A stretch of 64,000 bases of DNA. It comes from Squalus acanthias. Taxonomy: Eukaryota. The stretch is from positions 64,668,001 to 64,732,000 of the forward strand of contig CM059432.1 in assembly GCA_030390025.1 (NCBI GenBank), read 5' to 3'. This document shows positions 23,685 to 36,355 of the stretch, one piece after another. Under the pieces are notes generated by a model that worked only from the letters and a program-made list of their open reading frames with translations, was not told where the DNA came from and did no database searches. Within the stretch, counting starts at the first letter, position 1. The number at the start of each line of letters is the position of its first letter. A program made the translations under genes and the position numbers.

Positions 23685-25576
23685 AAACACATGATAAGGG
23701 CTCATGGGGTGGGGGTAATATATTAATATGGATAGAGGGTTGGTTAATGGACAGAAAACAGAGAGTGGGGATAAATGGGTCATTTCCAGTTGGCAGGCTG
23801 TAACTACTGGGATGCCGCAAGGATCAGTGCTTGGGCCTCAGTTATTTACAATCTATATAAATGACTTAGATGAACCAAACGAGTTCAATGTATCCAAGTT
23901 TGCTGATGATACAAAGCTAGGTGGGAAAGTAAGCTGTGAGGAGGACACAAAGAGGGAGAAATTCGGTACCTTAGCGCCTCCTGTTAGTGCCTCTGGGGGG
24001 CGCTAATGGGGCGCTACTGGCTTTGCAACCAGGCGCGGTGATAGTACCGAAGCCGCGAAATTGACATGGAGGTTTGCAGTGGCGGTAACCACTTGCGCCA
24101 CGATCTCCTGCACCCAGAGATCGTGGCGTCATCGCCATGCGCATCGCCCCAGACCCGAACTTCGGTTCCGCCCCCTGCAGCATCGCCAGGCAAAAACACC
24201 GACAGCTGCAGGAGGCGTTATTCGGGAGGCCGGGAGTTTCAGAGGCGCAAATAAAAGGGGATGTTGACGTGGGTAACGTTGCTATTGATTTTTTTCGATT
24301 CCTTCTGGTCCACAATCGATCAGCCCGGCACTCTGCTGGAGTGCATGGGGCTGATCAAGCCGGATCGCGGCCGCCGTCAGGGACCAGCTAACTGTTCCCA
24401 ATGCAGAGCCTGCAGCGATGGCCCTTCCCTTTAAGGGAGGGAAGGAACCTCGGATCACGGCAGCGCTGCACGGGACATTGTGCAGCGCTGCACCACTACC
24501 GCCCCGCCTGCGTCCTTTAGCTCTCCAGGAAGGAAGTGGAGCGCTTGATTTAATGCTCCACTTCCTTCCTGGAGTGCAAACACCGAATTTTGCAAAAGTC
24601 GGGAATCAGTAGCGCCTGGCGCTAAGTTTCCCAGCTTTCAAAAGTTACCGCCCCCAAACGGGGCGATACCGAATTTCTCCCCCAAAGAGCCTACAAAGAG
24701 ATATAGCCAGGTTAAGTGAGTGGGCAATAAGGTGGCAGATGGAGTATAATGTGTGAAAATGTGAGGTTATTCACTTTGGTAGGAAGAATAGAGAAACAGA
24801 ATATTTTTTAAATGGTGAGAAACTATTAAATGTTGGTGTTCAGAGAGATTTAGGTGTCCTTGTACAGGAAACACAGAAAGTTAGCATACAGGTACAGCAA
24901 GCAATTAGGAAAGCAAATGGCATGTTGGCCTTTATTGCAAGGGGGTTGGAGTACAAGAGCAAGGAAGTCTTACTACAATTGTACAGGGCTTTGATGAGAC
25001 CACACCTGGAGTACTGTGCACAGTTTTGGTCTCCTTATCTAGGGAAGGACATACTTGCCTTAGAGGCGGTGCAACAAAGGCTCACTAGATTAATTCCTGG
25101 GATGAGAGGGTTGTCCTATGAGGAGAGATTGAGTAGATTGGGCCGATACTCTCTGGAGTTTAGAAGAATGAGAGGTGATCTCATTGAAACATATAAGATT
25201 CTGAGGTGGATTGACAGGGTAGATGCTGAGAGGTTGTTTCTCCTGGCTGGAGAGTCTAGAACTAGGGGGCATAGTCTCAGGCTAAGGGGTTGGCCATTTA
25301 AGACTGAGATGAGGAGGAATTTCTTCACTCAGAGGGTTGTGAATCTTTTGAATTCTCTGCCCCAAAGGGCTGTGGATGCTGAGTCTTTGAGCATATTCAA
25401 GGCTGAGAGAGAGAGATTTTTGGACTCATGGGGAATCAAGAGATATGGGGATCAGGCAGGAAAATGGAGTTGAGGACGAAGATGAGCCTTGATCTTATTA
25501 AAATGGCGGAGCAGGCTCGAGGGGCCGTATGGCCTACGTCTGCTCCTAATTCTTATGTTCTTCTTATGTTCTTATG
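23685..25576 (+). mobile_element. 5'-truncated CR1 LINE (RT 3' half plus tail), split by a MITE
   Basis: [41 protein letters not shown] and RRMRGDLIE. 3' hairpin and (TTCTTATG)n tail. Confidence 0.95.
23952..24683. mobile_element. GC-rich Harbinger-type MITE (family B)
   Basis: TIRs GAGGGAGAAATTCGGTA / TACCGAATTTCTCCCCC. AAA duplicated at 23949-23951 and 24684-24686. Removing the element restores the CR1 frame EDTKSLQRDI. Confidence 0.92.
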
Positions 25577-27950
25577 TATTGCCGGGAGTTAACATACTGC
25601 CTTGAAGTTGCAGACATTGTCCCACCATGAATTGGTCCTCCTCATCCAGTTTCTGCAGCAAAAGGGATTCCTATCCTCCCAAATTCATTAGGAGCAAATG
25701 TTTCACTGCACCAAATGCCCAGATTTCAGGTAAGTTTTTCCAAAAAAAATGAAGGCTTTTTAAAAAAGAAATAAAGGCAAGGAAATAAAACATATGCAAA
25801 ATGCTCATGTAATAAAAACTGGACTGCTACATTCAGTAAAACATCAGCAACCTTGCTTTAGCAAATCATCCAAAGCAAGCCAGGCCTGCCTAGCAGTAAC
25901 GTGCCCAGTTTATATGGGTGAGATGCATGCTGGGGACAGTTCCTTGTCTGAAAACAGGCTATTCAGCATGGAACCTAATTTTAATCATTATTCAATGTTA
26001 ACGAGACTCATACATGCCTGTAGTGCAGCTTCATTTTCTCTTCCTAAATTGCTGCAAATCAAACATCCAATTTTACGACAGTAGAGCCTTGCAAAATTAC
26101 CATTATGGTATAAACAGAATGTATTCAGTGCAAAAATCCTTTTGCATCACATGAATTATGCAATAGAGCATATATATTTAAAAATTCTGTGGGATATCAT
26201 TTTTATTGCATAAATGGTCTGAACTCTACTCGTATTGGTGCGATATTAATCATGTTCCACAAGCCTTCATAATGTTTCCTCTACTTATACTTTAACATTA
26301 GTGGAGTCTTGCATTGAGTGTACTAAAACCTAATAAAAATGGTGAGCAGACCTGGCAAAATGAGACAAAAATTCAATTTACCAAAACTAGAAACAATTAA
26401 TTTCTCCAAAGGGAGAAGAGCTTTCCTTTTGAATGTTGTAAAGGAAAGAGGCAATAACTCTTTCATTTATCTTTGATATCTCCGGACACAACAGACCACT
26501 TAAAGCAGAGGTGCTTGAATCCGAATAGTCACTACATTATATATTTCATTTTAACATGCAAAATGCTTGGCCCTTAAAGACCGTAATATAAGGGTGGGAT
26601 ATATTTCCACTACATCCCATTTATTCTATTTTTAGCAATTCTGAACTGACTATATTTGTGAATAAGCTGAAAGCTTATTTTGCATTACAATTGATTCTAA
26701 ATGTTCTGGTAAGAATAGCATTTTGAATATTGTGGATATTATTTTCACATTTTTATGCATAGAAATTTCCTGGCATTATTTGGAAAAAGAAATGGGAGTG
26801 AGGGGAGTGATGTCAAACAGACCTCCAAAGATGAATGACCTACATGCAGTTTTTGACACTGGCAGGTTGACTCACACTGACTATTTTACAGAATAGTAAG
26901 TCTGTGCCGAATGCCCTTTCAGCTCACTCAGAAATATAATCGGACTGAAGTTGTTTTTAAAAATTATTTTAAGAACTGCAGCTGCCTCCTGCCGGTGTGA
27001 GTCACTCGAGAGACTGACTGACAGAAAAAATATTGAAGGGTTTTTTCTTGAAGGGCTTTTAGGGCCTTTTTGAAATCAAAGAAGTCTAGAAATTACAGCA
27101 CAGAGTGTGACCAGTCAGTCCATCACACTTGTACTGTACCAGGTCTTCATCTGGAGCCTTCTACTCTAATCTCATTTCCCTGCCTTCCCTGGCATAGACT
27201 TTCAACTTCACCACTTGGGTGTTAAACTGGCGGAATGGATCACCTGCCTGTTATAGAAACTGCCCGATTTCTCAGTCAGTTTCTATATTAGGTGAGTGAC
27301 CTGCTCCCCTGTTTACAACCAAGGCGGTGAAGGTGAAAATTACTTCCTCATATCCTTTCATATTTTAACTTTTCAAATATTTAATTCCATTTTATTTTAA
27401 ATTATATAACAATTTTTGCCTCAAAAGCTATCGGTGGTAAAGGTTCCTTGTTCCAACAGCTCTCTGTGTGAAAACATTTCGCCTACCTTCGCCCTTCATT
27501 CGTTTAATGATAATTCTGAGTCTCTTCCTCCTTGTTACTATTGAACAACCAGTGAAGACAATCTTTCAGTGTTTACTGTTGAATATTTTAACAACTAGCA
27601 AATGCAGGTTCTGTGGTCTTGTGTCTATGGGTTATAAATGAACTGACTGTTTTTATGTGTGATTATAGAAACTGCAGCACAAAAGGAGGTCATTCAGTGC
27701 ATTGTGCCCGTGTCAGTGCTAGCTCCACATTAGAGCTACGAGCTGTAGTCTGATTCAACAACAACAACTTATATTTATATAGCGCCTTTAATGTAATAAA
27801 ACGTCTCAAGGCGCTTCACAGGAGTGCTACCAAAAAATAAATTGACACCGAGCCACATAAGAAGATGTGGAGATGCCGGTGTTGGACTGGGGTGGACAAA
27901 TGTGAGAAGTCGCACAACACCAGGTTATAGTCCAACAGCTTTATTTGAAA

Positions 27951-27987
27951 TCACAAGCTTTCGGAGCGCTGCTCCTTCGTCAGGTGA
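27951..27987 (-). ncRNA. Minimal type I hammerhead ribozyme motif (identical copy on the opposite strand)
   Basis: Exact reverse complement of 28057-28093. Confidence 0.75.
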
Positions 27988-28056
27988 AGTGAAGAGATGC
28001 ATATAGGCACAGCATATATAGTCAGAGAACACTGCCAGATGATTACAGTTAATCTT

Positions 28057-28093
28057 TCACCTGACGAAGGAGCAGCGCTCCGAAAGCTTGTGA
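28057..28093 (+). ncRNA. Minimal type I hammerhead ribozyme motif
   Basis: TCAC-CTGACGA-A-GGAGC(AGC)GCTCC-GAAA-GCTT-GTGA: stem I TCAC/GTGA, CUGANGA and GAAA core boxes, stem II, and a palindromic AAGCTT stem III. Confidence 0.75.
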
Positions 28094-29126
28094 TTTCAAA
28101 TAAAGCTGTTGGACTATAACCTGGTGTTGTGCGACTTCTCACATAAGAAGATGTTAGGGCAGATGACCAAAAGCTTGGTCGAAGAGGTAGGTTTTAAGGA
28201 GCGTCTTAAAGGAGGAAAGAGAAGTAGAGAGGTGGAGACATTTAGGGAGGGAATTCCAGAGCTTAGGACCTAGACAGCTGAAGGCACGACCGCCAATGGT
28301 GGAGCATTTAAAATCGAGGATGTTCAAGAGATCTAGGGGGATTGTAGGGCTGGAGGAGATTACAGAGATAAGTAGGGGCGAGGCATTGGAGGGATTTGAA
28401 AACAAGGATAAGAATTTAAAAATCGAGATGTTGCTTAACTGGGAGCCAATGTAGGTCAGCAAGCACAGGGGAGATGGGTGAGCTGGACTTGGTGCGAGTT
28501 AGCACACAGGCAGCAGAGTTTTGGATGACCTCAAGTTTATGGAGGGTAGAACTAGGGAGGCCGGCCAGGCATGCGTTGGAATAGTCAAGTCTAGAGGTGA
28601 TAAAGGCATGGATGAGGGTTTCAGCAGCAGATAAGTTGAGGTAAGGGCAGAGATGGACAGTCATAGTAATAGAACGGGTATGAGGTAGGAAAGTAAATTC
28701 GTGATCAAATATGACACCAAGGTTGCGAACAGACTTGGTCAGCCTTAGATAGTTGCCGGGGAGAGAGATCGAATCACTGGAAAAGGAATGGAGTGAACCA
28801 AAGACAATGGAAATTCCTGCTCTTTCTCCACAAATTAAATATTTTTCTTCTTTCAAGTGTTTATCCAACGTCCTCTTTAATGCCATGATTGACTCAGCTA
28901 CAATTGTCACTTGTAGTAGTGCATTCCATATTCTAATAACCTTTTGTATGAAAAAAATCTTTTAACTCACCATTTATGCATCTAGTACTAATCCTAAATG
29001 TATGCCTCCTTGTTCTTGATTCACCAAACAGTCGAAATAACCTTTCACTATTCTCCCTCTAAAACCATTGCAAAATTTCTATGACGCACACCCTGAAATT
29101 TCTCTGCTCTAGTGAATACAGACCAT

Positions 29127-29812
29127 GGCCGGAATTTTAATTTGGAGGCAGGTAGGGAGCGTGGGGGCTGCAATGCAGTCAGGAAACTCGGGAGAATAGG
29201 TTTCCCTCAGGCACCACCGAATTTAACTGCGGGGCCTGATTAACATTTTGAATCTCTTTTTCCCACCCGCAGCCAGACGGATGGAAAGCTGGCTGCCTGT
29301 CGGGCAGGTAGGCCTACGACATCAGGCTGCAGATCTTCGGTGGGGTCAGAGGCTGGAGGTTGGAGGGGGGTTCGGGGGCTGCAGTTCGGAGGCCGAAGGG
29401 GGGGGGGGGGGGAAATTGCATATCAGTGGCCTCGTTGGGGGGGGGGGGGGTGGGGGGAGATCAGAAGGGTGGGGGAGGGGTGTCCGCTTGCGGGCGATTG
29501 GCGAGGTAGGAACGCTGGATCCAGCAGGTAAGTGGAAAGGAACTTACCTCCTGGATCCAGCAGTCCTCGCCTTCCTTTAGCAGGCCTGGGAAACCCCGCC
29601 CATCCACAATTAAATTTAAAGTGAATCACCATGAGGCACACAGCCTCATAATAAAATTTAAAGTGCCAACCCGCCTCCTGCATGCGGGTTGGTTACCCGG
29701 CCCCCATCCCACCTCCGTTCAAACCGGATGTGGGCGGGAGTCAGACTGAATAACTCTTTAACTTCCCACCTGACCCTAGCCCACCTGTTTTTTGGGCTTA
29801 AAATTCCTCCCC
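29127..29812. mobile_element. GC-rich Harbinger-type MITE (family D)
   Basis: Ends GGCCGGAATTTTAA / TTAAAATTCCTCCCC. Collinear with 22094-22957, including the internal hairpin. Confidence 0.8.
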
Positions 29813-29882
29813 ACACCCACCTCACCAAGTCTCTCATCATAACTGGATCCTCTTACCCATTATATTATCCTAGTAAATCTGT

Positions 29883-31342
29883 GGGGGCGATTTTCTGACG
29901 CTGGAGGAGGCGGGTTTGGAGTTGGGAAAGGCGGGAAAATTCGAATTACTGAGGTCGGGTCAGAAACCCGACTCCAACCCGTCTCCGTGGGATTTCGCCG
30001 GTGCCGGTTTTGGCGGTTGGGAAACGATCCTGCCTCCAGCTGGCCATAGCGTTAATTAACTACTGCAAATGCTTGTTAAGGGTCTCTCGAATCCTATTTT
30101 GAGAGGCCCTCTTGAATTTACCATCATTTCGGCGTGCTTCACGCAATTTCTGAACCACACCAGGTAAACCTGGCGGGTTGACTTGTGGGTGGCCTCCTCA
30201 CTGCTGCAGGTCTAACAAGACCTCGTTCACTGCAGCAAGGCTTACTTGCAGGTGCCAGACCTTGGCTTTAAAAGGTCTCTGAGCACTTTTAGAAGGCCTT
30301 CCGAAGTCAGAGGTGCTACAGCTTGACTCCATCAACTGTGGGACCTCCTGGGAAGAACCTCGCCCCGCTTACAGTGAGCGCTTCCCCAGAGGAGGCATCT
30401 GCAAGCAGAATGGAAAACATTCATTTCCTTTCACCTTGGACCTCAGATGAGGATGAGGAGGAGGAGGAGGAGGAGGCTGAGGAGGAGGAGGATGATCTGG
30501 AGGAGGAGGAGCAGCAGGAGGAGCTGGAGGAGGTCAAAGTGTCGGTGTTTCAACCAGCAGCAGTGGCAGCACGCGAGCACATGGCTGCCAGGGATGCAAG
30601 GGATTAACTTATCATGGCCAGATTTGTATAGGTTGGCCAAGTTGGCACATGTCCTTGGCTCCATGCCAGAACTTCATTGACAATGGACTTGACTCTCTGG
30701 CCTCCTTTCAGTCAGGCCACCAACCTGACAACGCAAGTGTGGCGTTGCCCGCAATGTGGAGCTGCCTAAGGCTAAGTAACAGATGGCATAACGCCAACAT
30801 TTTGGCATCAAATCATGTTAATGCTTTCCAACAAGGATGGCATTTCATCAATACACAGAAACAGTCTCCCAATCTACACACAGATCTGGAGGTTATATCC
30901 CTTACCAGCTGTACCCACACAGCCTTGGTTTCTTTGGCAGGCCTCTTCCTCCGAGATGAGTGGAAGAGTACCTCCATGCTAGTTCTCACCCCCTCAAACA
31001 ACATTTGCTGCGCCTCATCTGAGAGCCTTGGGTAGGTCCTTGCCATGGAATTGGACATAGTGGTTTCTCAAAAAATGTTGGAGGTGGTGCAGGAGATGCA
31101 GAAATGCTGTGGAATGAGCCAAGGGAGCAAGTAGCCATAAAATCAGACTGGAAAAGTGCTGTCAACAGAGGCGAGTTTCAGTCCCAAAACACTAATTGCG
31201 CAATGCATCCCACACCTCTGAAATCAAGTGGACAATCATGGGAAATTCTCACTTTTTTGAAAACTATCAGTGGAGGCGAGTTTCTGACACACCCAAACCG
31301 AAACCCGCCTCCATCTCACCTCCAGTGAGAAAATCGCCCCCC
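29883..31342. mobile_element. Internally deleted Harbinger (mini-transposase on +, Myb exon-1 relic on -)
   Basis: TIRs GGGGGCGATTTTCT / AGAAAATCGCCCCC. ORF 30813-31058 (-) PRLSDEAQQMLFEGV...KAVWVQLV is Myb/SANT-like. The + strand reads SPWTSDEDEEE...HMAARDARD*LIMARF. Confidence 0.85.
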
Positions 31343-31559
31343 ATGTTTCACTTTTTTCATGGCTCCAACAGCCTTTCTATAATGGGGTGTTCAAAACAGC
31401 ATACAATGAGTGCTCCAATGATGAATTAACCAATGCCTTGCTGAGATTCAGCATTGCCTCCACGCAATATTCAATTCCCTTGTACATAAAACCTAGAATC
31501 CTATTTGCTCCTTGATGGCTTTTCCAACCTGCAATCCTGCTTTTAAATATATTTTTGCA

Positions 31560-32140
31560 CCCCTATATCTCCATAACATCACCCATCTTCACCCCTGCCT
31601 CAGCTTATCTACTGCTGAAACCCTCATCTGTGCCTTTATTATCTCTAGACTTGAATATTCCAATGCGCTCCTGGCTGGCCTCCCATCTTCCACCCTTCAT
31701 AAACTTGAGCTCATCACAAACTCTGCTGCCCTTATTTCAACTCGCACCAAGTCCCATTCACCCATCATCCCTCTGCTCACTGACCAGCAATGCCTCAATT
31801 TTAAAATTCTCAACCTTGTTTTCAAATCCCTCCATGACCTTGCCCCTCCCTATCCCTGTAACCTCCTCCAGCCCTACAACCCTCCGAGAACTCTACACTC
31901 CTGCGCATCCCCGATTTTAATTGCTCCACCATTGGTGGCCGTACTTCTGCTGCCTTGGCCCTAAGCTCTGGAATTCCCTCCCTAAACCTCTACACCTCTC
32001 TCTCCTCCTTTAAGATACTCATTAAAACCTACCTCTCCTGTCTTAATATCTCCTTATGTGGCTTGATGTCAAATTTTGTTTGATAACACTCCTTGAAATA
32101 TTTTACTAAGTTAAAGGCACTATATAAATGCAAGTTTTTG
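31560..32140 (+). mobile_element. L2 LINE 3' fragment
   Basis: AETLICAFIISRLEYSNALLAG, FKILNLVFKSLHDLAPPY and a TATAAATGCAAG tail. Confidence 0.9.
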
Positions 32141-33162
32141 TCATTCCTCCACCCACTCCATTGAAAATTTCAGTTTAGGGTATAAAGCCATTTTTTCCAA
32201 ACATATACTGCAGTATTTCAAAATTATCTAGTATTTGCTACGTATATACCCACTCCTCCGTCTATGTTTTCCTGCAAACGATTGTATTCTTTGTCATAGT
32301 TTACCATGACCTCTAATTTGTTATTGTCATTATTCCCTCTTTGCCTATTGTTACAATCCGTACAATCTCACAACATTCTTTAATAGTGCTCACCACAAAA
32401 GCAGCTTCTTAATAACTGAAATTTAACATTATTCATAAAGTCTGTGTGATGCAGTGTGCCTCAGGGCTAACAATCTAATTGGGTTACATAGGATAATGCA
32501 GATTGCCCACCACATACTGCTGGCCTCTCAGATAGCTTGAAAAACATTATCATACAAACCATGGGGACAATTGTCATCTGCCTAGCACCCTGTTTTATCA
32601 GTGTAAATGGGGTGGTAGGAAGACAAAAATTAAAAAAATACCCCCGAGGCCCATCCAGCTCGATTTTCAAATTAGGCGGCCAGCGCATAATTAGGCACTA
32701 AAAGTTGGCTGGATCTCAGGCATTACACTGTTCCTGTCAGTATCATGCAAAATCAGGAATTTCTATCCCTTTGTATTCACTATGTGTAAGCCACCACTGA
32801 TGGGGATAAGTTCCGATGTTTGCTATTTCTAGCAAAAGCGAAATCTTCTTCACGCATGACTTGCATTGGGAACAGAAAATTAGCACTGGTGCAATATGGG
32901 ATTACGTCTGAGGTTGGATCTTGTGCTGTACATAAGCTGGGAATGTCTGATGTTGGATGGCAAACATGTTCCACTCCTTAATAAACACAAAATAGACAAT
33001 TTTTAAAAGTACATCTTAACCCTCTCCCTCAGGTCTGTGATTTTGACTAATTCTAGATGTACTCTGAGCCATAGGTTCTGTATTCCTGAAAAGTTACACA
33101 CTGACAACATATATCAGCTTGAAATTCTGCATGCTTGTGTACATGAAGTGTTAAAGGTAACA

Positions 33163-33818
33163 GGGTACAAATTTATTTTGGGCAGTAGCGCGAAATGGGA
33201 ACTAACCAATCGGCAGCCTGTTTTATACCCCATCCGATTTTTTTTTTCCTTTGAAAAGAAAGACTTGCATTTATATAGTGCCTTTCACGACCACCGGACG
33301 TCTCAAAGCACTTTACAGCCAATGAAGTACTTTTTGAAGTATAGTCACTGTTGTAATGTAGGAAACGTGGCAGCCAAATTGTGCACAGCAAGCTCCCACA
33401 AACAGCAATGTGATAATGACCAGATAATCTGTTTCAATTATGTTGATTGAGGGATAAATATTGGCCAGGACACCGGGGTTACCTCTCCTGCTCTTCTTCG
33501 AAATATTGCCATAGGATCTTTTATGTCCATCTGAGAGGGCAGACGGGGCCTCGGTTTAACGTCTCATCCGAAAGACGGCACCTCTGACAGTGCAGCCTCA
33601 GTACTGCACTGGAGTGTCAGCCTTGATTTTTGTGCTCGAGTCTCTGGAGTGGGACTTGAGCCCACAACCTTCTGACTCAGAGGCGAGGGTGCTACCAACT
33701 GAGCCATAGCTGACACTCCTTTGAAATAAATTAAAGTGAAAATTGCGGGGAGTGCAAAACGGGCTGCCGATTCATTATCACCCGTTTTGTGCTACTACCC
33801 AAGGCGAACTTATACCTC
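33163..33818. mobile_element. Small TIR element hosting a SINE
   Basis: Left arm TTGGGCAGTAGCGCGAAATGGG and right arm CCCGTTTTGTGCTACTACCCAA form imperfect inverted repeats. Confidence 0.6.
33257..33716 (-). mobile_element. Full-length tRNA-derived Deu-domain SINE (SacSINE1-like)
   Basis: Minus-strand head with A box TGGCTCAGTTGG and B box GGCTCAAGTCCC. Deu-like core GATGAGACGTTAAACCGAGGCCCC. L2-like tail. 10-bp TSD TCCTTTGAAA (33247-33256 / 33717-33726). Confidence 0.88.
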
Positions 33819-35128
33819 AACAACTTTATTTTGAAAAAAGCAATTGTCCTTAATAGGGCACTTCTATAATAAAATGTAATTATGTAATGACAATTATTAT
33901 GGGTCATGAATGACTCATTGATCTACCAGTACAACATCTCTCAAAATGCACTTGTCACAATTTTAAAGCAATAAATGTTGAAAATCAAATTGAATTTTCT
34001 GCAGTTTTTGTAAGTTCATTATTCTTAAGACTATAAGAAAAAAAAATGGAGAGCTAAGTAACAAAAAGTTAGGACAAAAATAATGACTTTGTGATTTATA
34101 GCTCTTTGTACCATTTAGCTGGAGGACAGAATGTTTTACTTTACAATTTATCCTCATAAACAATTTTGCTTTTTCATATAGTGTATTATTCAGATTCAGT
34201 AAAGCCTGAAATTTCACATCCAATTACTTCTCAATCAAAACAATAGTTGTAGATGTCCATTTTCACAGCAATATGTCATAGGCAACACATAATTAAATTC
34301 AGGACCAAAACCAAATAAATTGCTCCCAACAATCTGTTCTTTGACCTAAATTGTTACAAATTCAAGGCAGTGAAATGTTAATGGATGTGGATGATGTCCA
34401 AAAAACAACAAGTATGAATTTCAGGTTCAGATTTCAATGAAGAACTATCAATAAAATAACAACAGGGTTAAAATTCTCAAATATTAACATTGGAAACAGT
34501 GGAAAATACTACATTTGTTTATTAGTTCTAATAATATTGGAGATGGGGGGAAAAAGCCATTTGATTGACAAGTCAAGAATCATCAATCTGGTAAAGAAGA
34601 ATCTGTTTGTTTTCCAATTGGTGTGCGAAGAGTGGTGTGTTGTGAGGATGGATGTGTTGGGCAACCAATGGTGGGAGCATGGGGGTGGAGTCTTTGGGAG
34701 GTGGATGGCCATTTGATGAAATCTCATGGAAGACATCTAACCAGAGAGTTGGCAACCCTAGCCTGAGTGGAGGAAAGTTGTTGAAGAATTTTAAGAAAAA
34801 AGGTTTAAAGAATTTGAGTAAGTTAGTTTTCCTTCTGATGACCATTAATTTTAAAACAAATCCAAATAATTCACCAGATCACTTAAAAAAATATACATTT
34901 ATTCAGCCAAGCACACACATGGAGTTCCAACAATCACCATTACAGTAAATACCCAAAATGTCCCAAAAGACCTCCCAAACAGGATCCATGTTATTAGGCT
35001 AAACACTGCCTTACTACAGTGAAAGCCTACTTTATTTCTTTGTTGCAAGCACATTTCAGAAATAAAAACATTTACAACTCAGGAAAAATAGCTTGCTCTC
35101 ATAATGCTACTGCTGTACAGTCTCATTA

Positions 35129-35666
35129 GGCCTGAACTTAACCCAAAGCGGGAATCAGGTGGGCGGGGGATGAGGCGAACACCAAACACCCCCTGACCTT
35201 GGCAGCCTGAGGCCCGAGAGATTTGAACTCCCGGGTCTTATCTGCATGTCCCCAGTCAGTTGCCCATTCAAAACCAGCGGGAAGTGGGTGAAATGCCAAG
35301 CAGCAGAAGGCAGTCAGCAGGGACTGGTCTCCGGTACTCAAGTAAATCACAGGGAGGTCATTTCGGGAGGGTCTCGTGATGGGGTAGGAGATAGCCAGGG
35401 GCAGGAGAGGCCTTTCCTTGTACGTCTGCTCCTCCTAGCTCCACAAGAATAGTAAAAAAAAGCTTTAAAAACTTAACCTCTTTGGGACTCTTCTGGCCCG
35501 AGCTCACCTTCCCACTAGCTTCACCTGGTGTGAGAGCCACAATGACTTCCCTGCTCAGATCACCGGTTAAGATAGCAGTCAAGCCTCAAGAGCGTCATCG
35601 GACTCAAATCTGCATTTTTAAAGAAGGACCCCACTGGTTTTAGGCAACTGGTTAAAATTCTAGACT
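35129..35666. mobile_element. MITE-like element related to 57480-57970
   Basis: Ends GGCCTGAACTTAACC / GGTTAAAATTCTAGAC. Internal CTGCTCCT..CCCACAAG / AACCT..CTCT..GGCC blocks are shared with the 57.8-kb region. Confidence 0.55.
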
Positions 35667-36355
35667 GTAGGAATGGAGTGGGACATCTGCAGCTCTTCAG
35701 CGGCACATTGTGGGCTGCTGTCGCTCTGCGCTCGTCCCGTCCCACTTTCCTCCTCCCTTCCTGGACTTGCCTGCAGGCCCGGACTGTTGAGCCGGATTGG
35801 CGTCTGAAGCTCACCTGATTCGTGCCAATTAGGCCCGAGGACAATTTTAGGATGGTCCCCTGGACACTCTCTTCTGACTGTTATTGGGTACTATCGAATT
35901 TAAGCCCCATTGGGGGAAAAATTCGGTTGATTAGCGCAAAGCAACTAGCGCCCGGGCGCGGCGATGTTTGCGCCGCTTGCGAAATTGACCAGACATTTTG
36001 CGGTGGCGCTAAACACTACTGCCACGATCTCCTGCGCCCACAGATCGTGACGTCAGTCGAGCGTGCAACGCCCCAGTAGCGCCCCAGACTGGATATTGAG
36101 TGGCGCCCCCTGCCTTTCCGCCTGCCCCTTGCAACGACAGGTAGAGGGGAGCGTTTTGCAGTCGGAAAGTGAGTACTATTTAAAGGTGGCCGCTTCCTGC
36201 CTTTTCTTGTCAGCGACATTTCTGCACCACGCATTCTGAGAGAGAGGAGAGACTTCTGGAGAGATTCAACACTGTGTGAAGGAATTTTGGGTACTGAGCA
36301 GCACTTTGCAGGTTCATTTTGATTTGACCTTCCTTGCATCAATTTAGAAGAGACT

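Larger units (their letters stand above)
27869..28144. mobile_element. Penelope-like terminal-repeat insertion in inverted configuration
   Basis: Perfect 89-bp inverted repeat at 27900-27988 / 28056-28144. CACATAAGAAGATGT duplicated at 27854-27868 and 28140-28154. AATAAA in each arm. Interrupts the L2. Confidence 0.8.
27756..28812 (-). mobile_element. L2 LINE 3' fragment
   Basis: VRNLGVIFD, LIHAFITSRLDYSN, QNSAA, LHWLPV and LKTYLF motifs. (CAA)n tail at 27756. Confidence 0.92.

Noticed and set aside
32780..32977. Candidate upstream exon of the TIR gene (open minus-strand frame after an AG)
   Set aside because: No recognisable domain and it ends in a stop. 32860-32930 also resembles the reverse complement of about 43570-43640, suggesting an old interspersed repeat.
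33645..33716. tRNA gene
   Set aside because: The A/B boxes belong to a SINE head continuous with the Deu domain and tail and flanked by a TSD.
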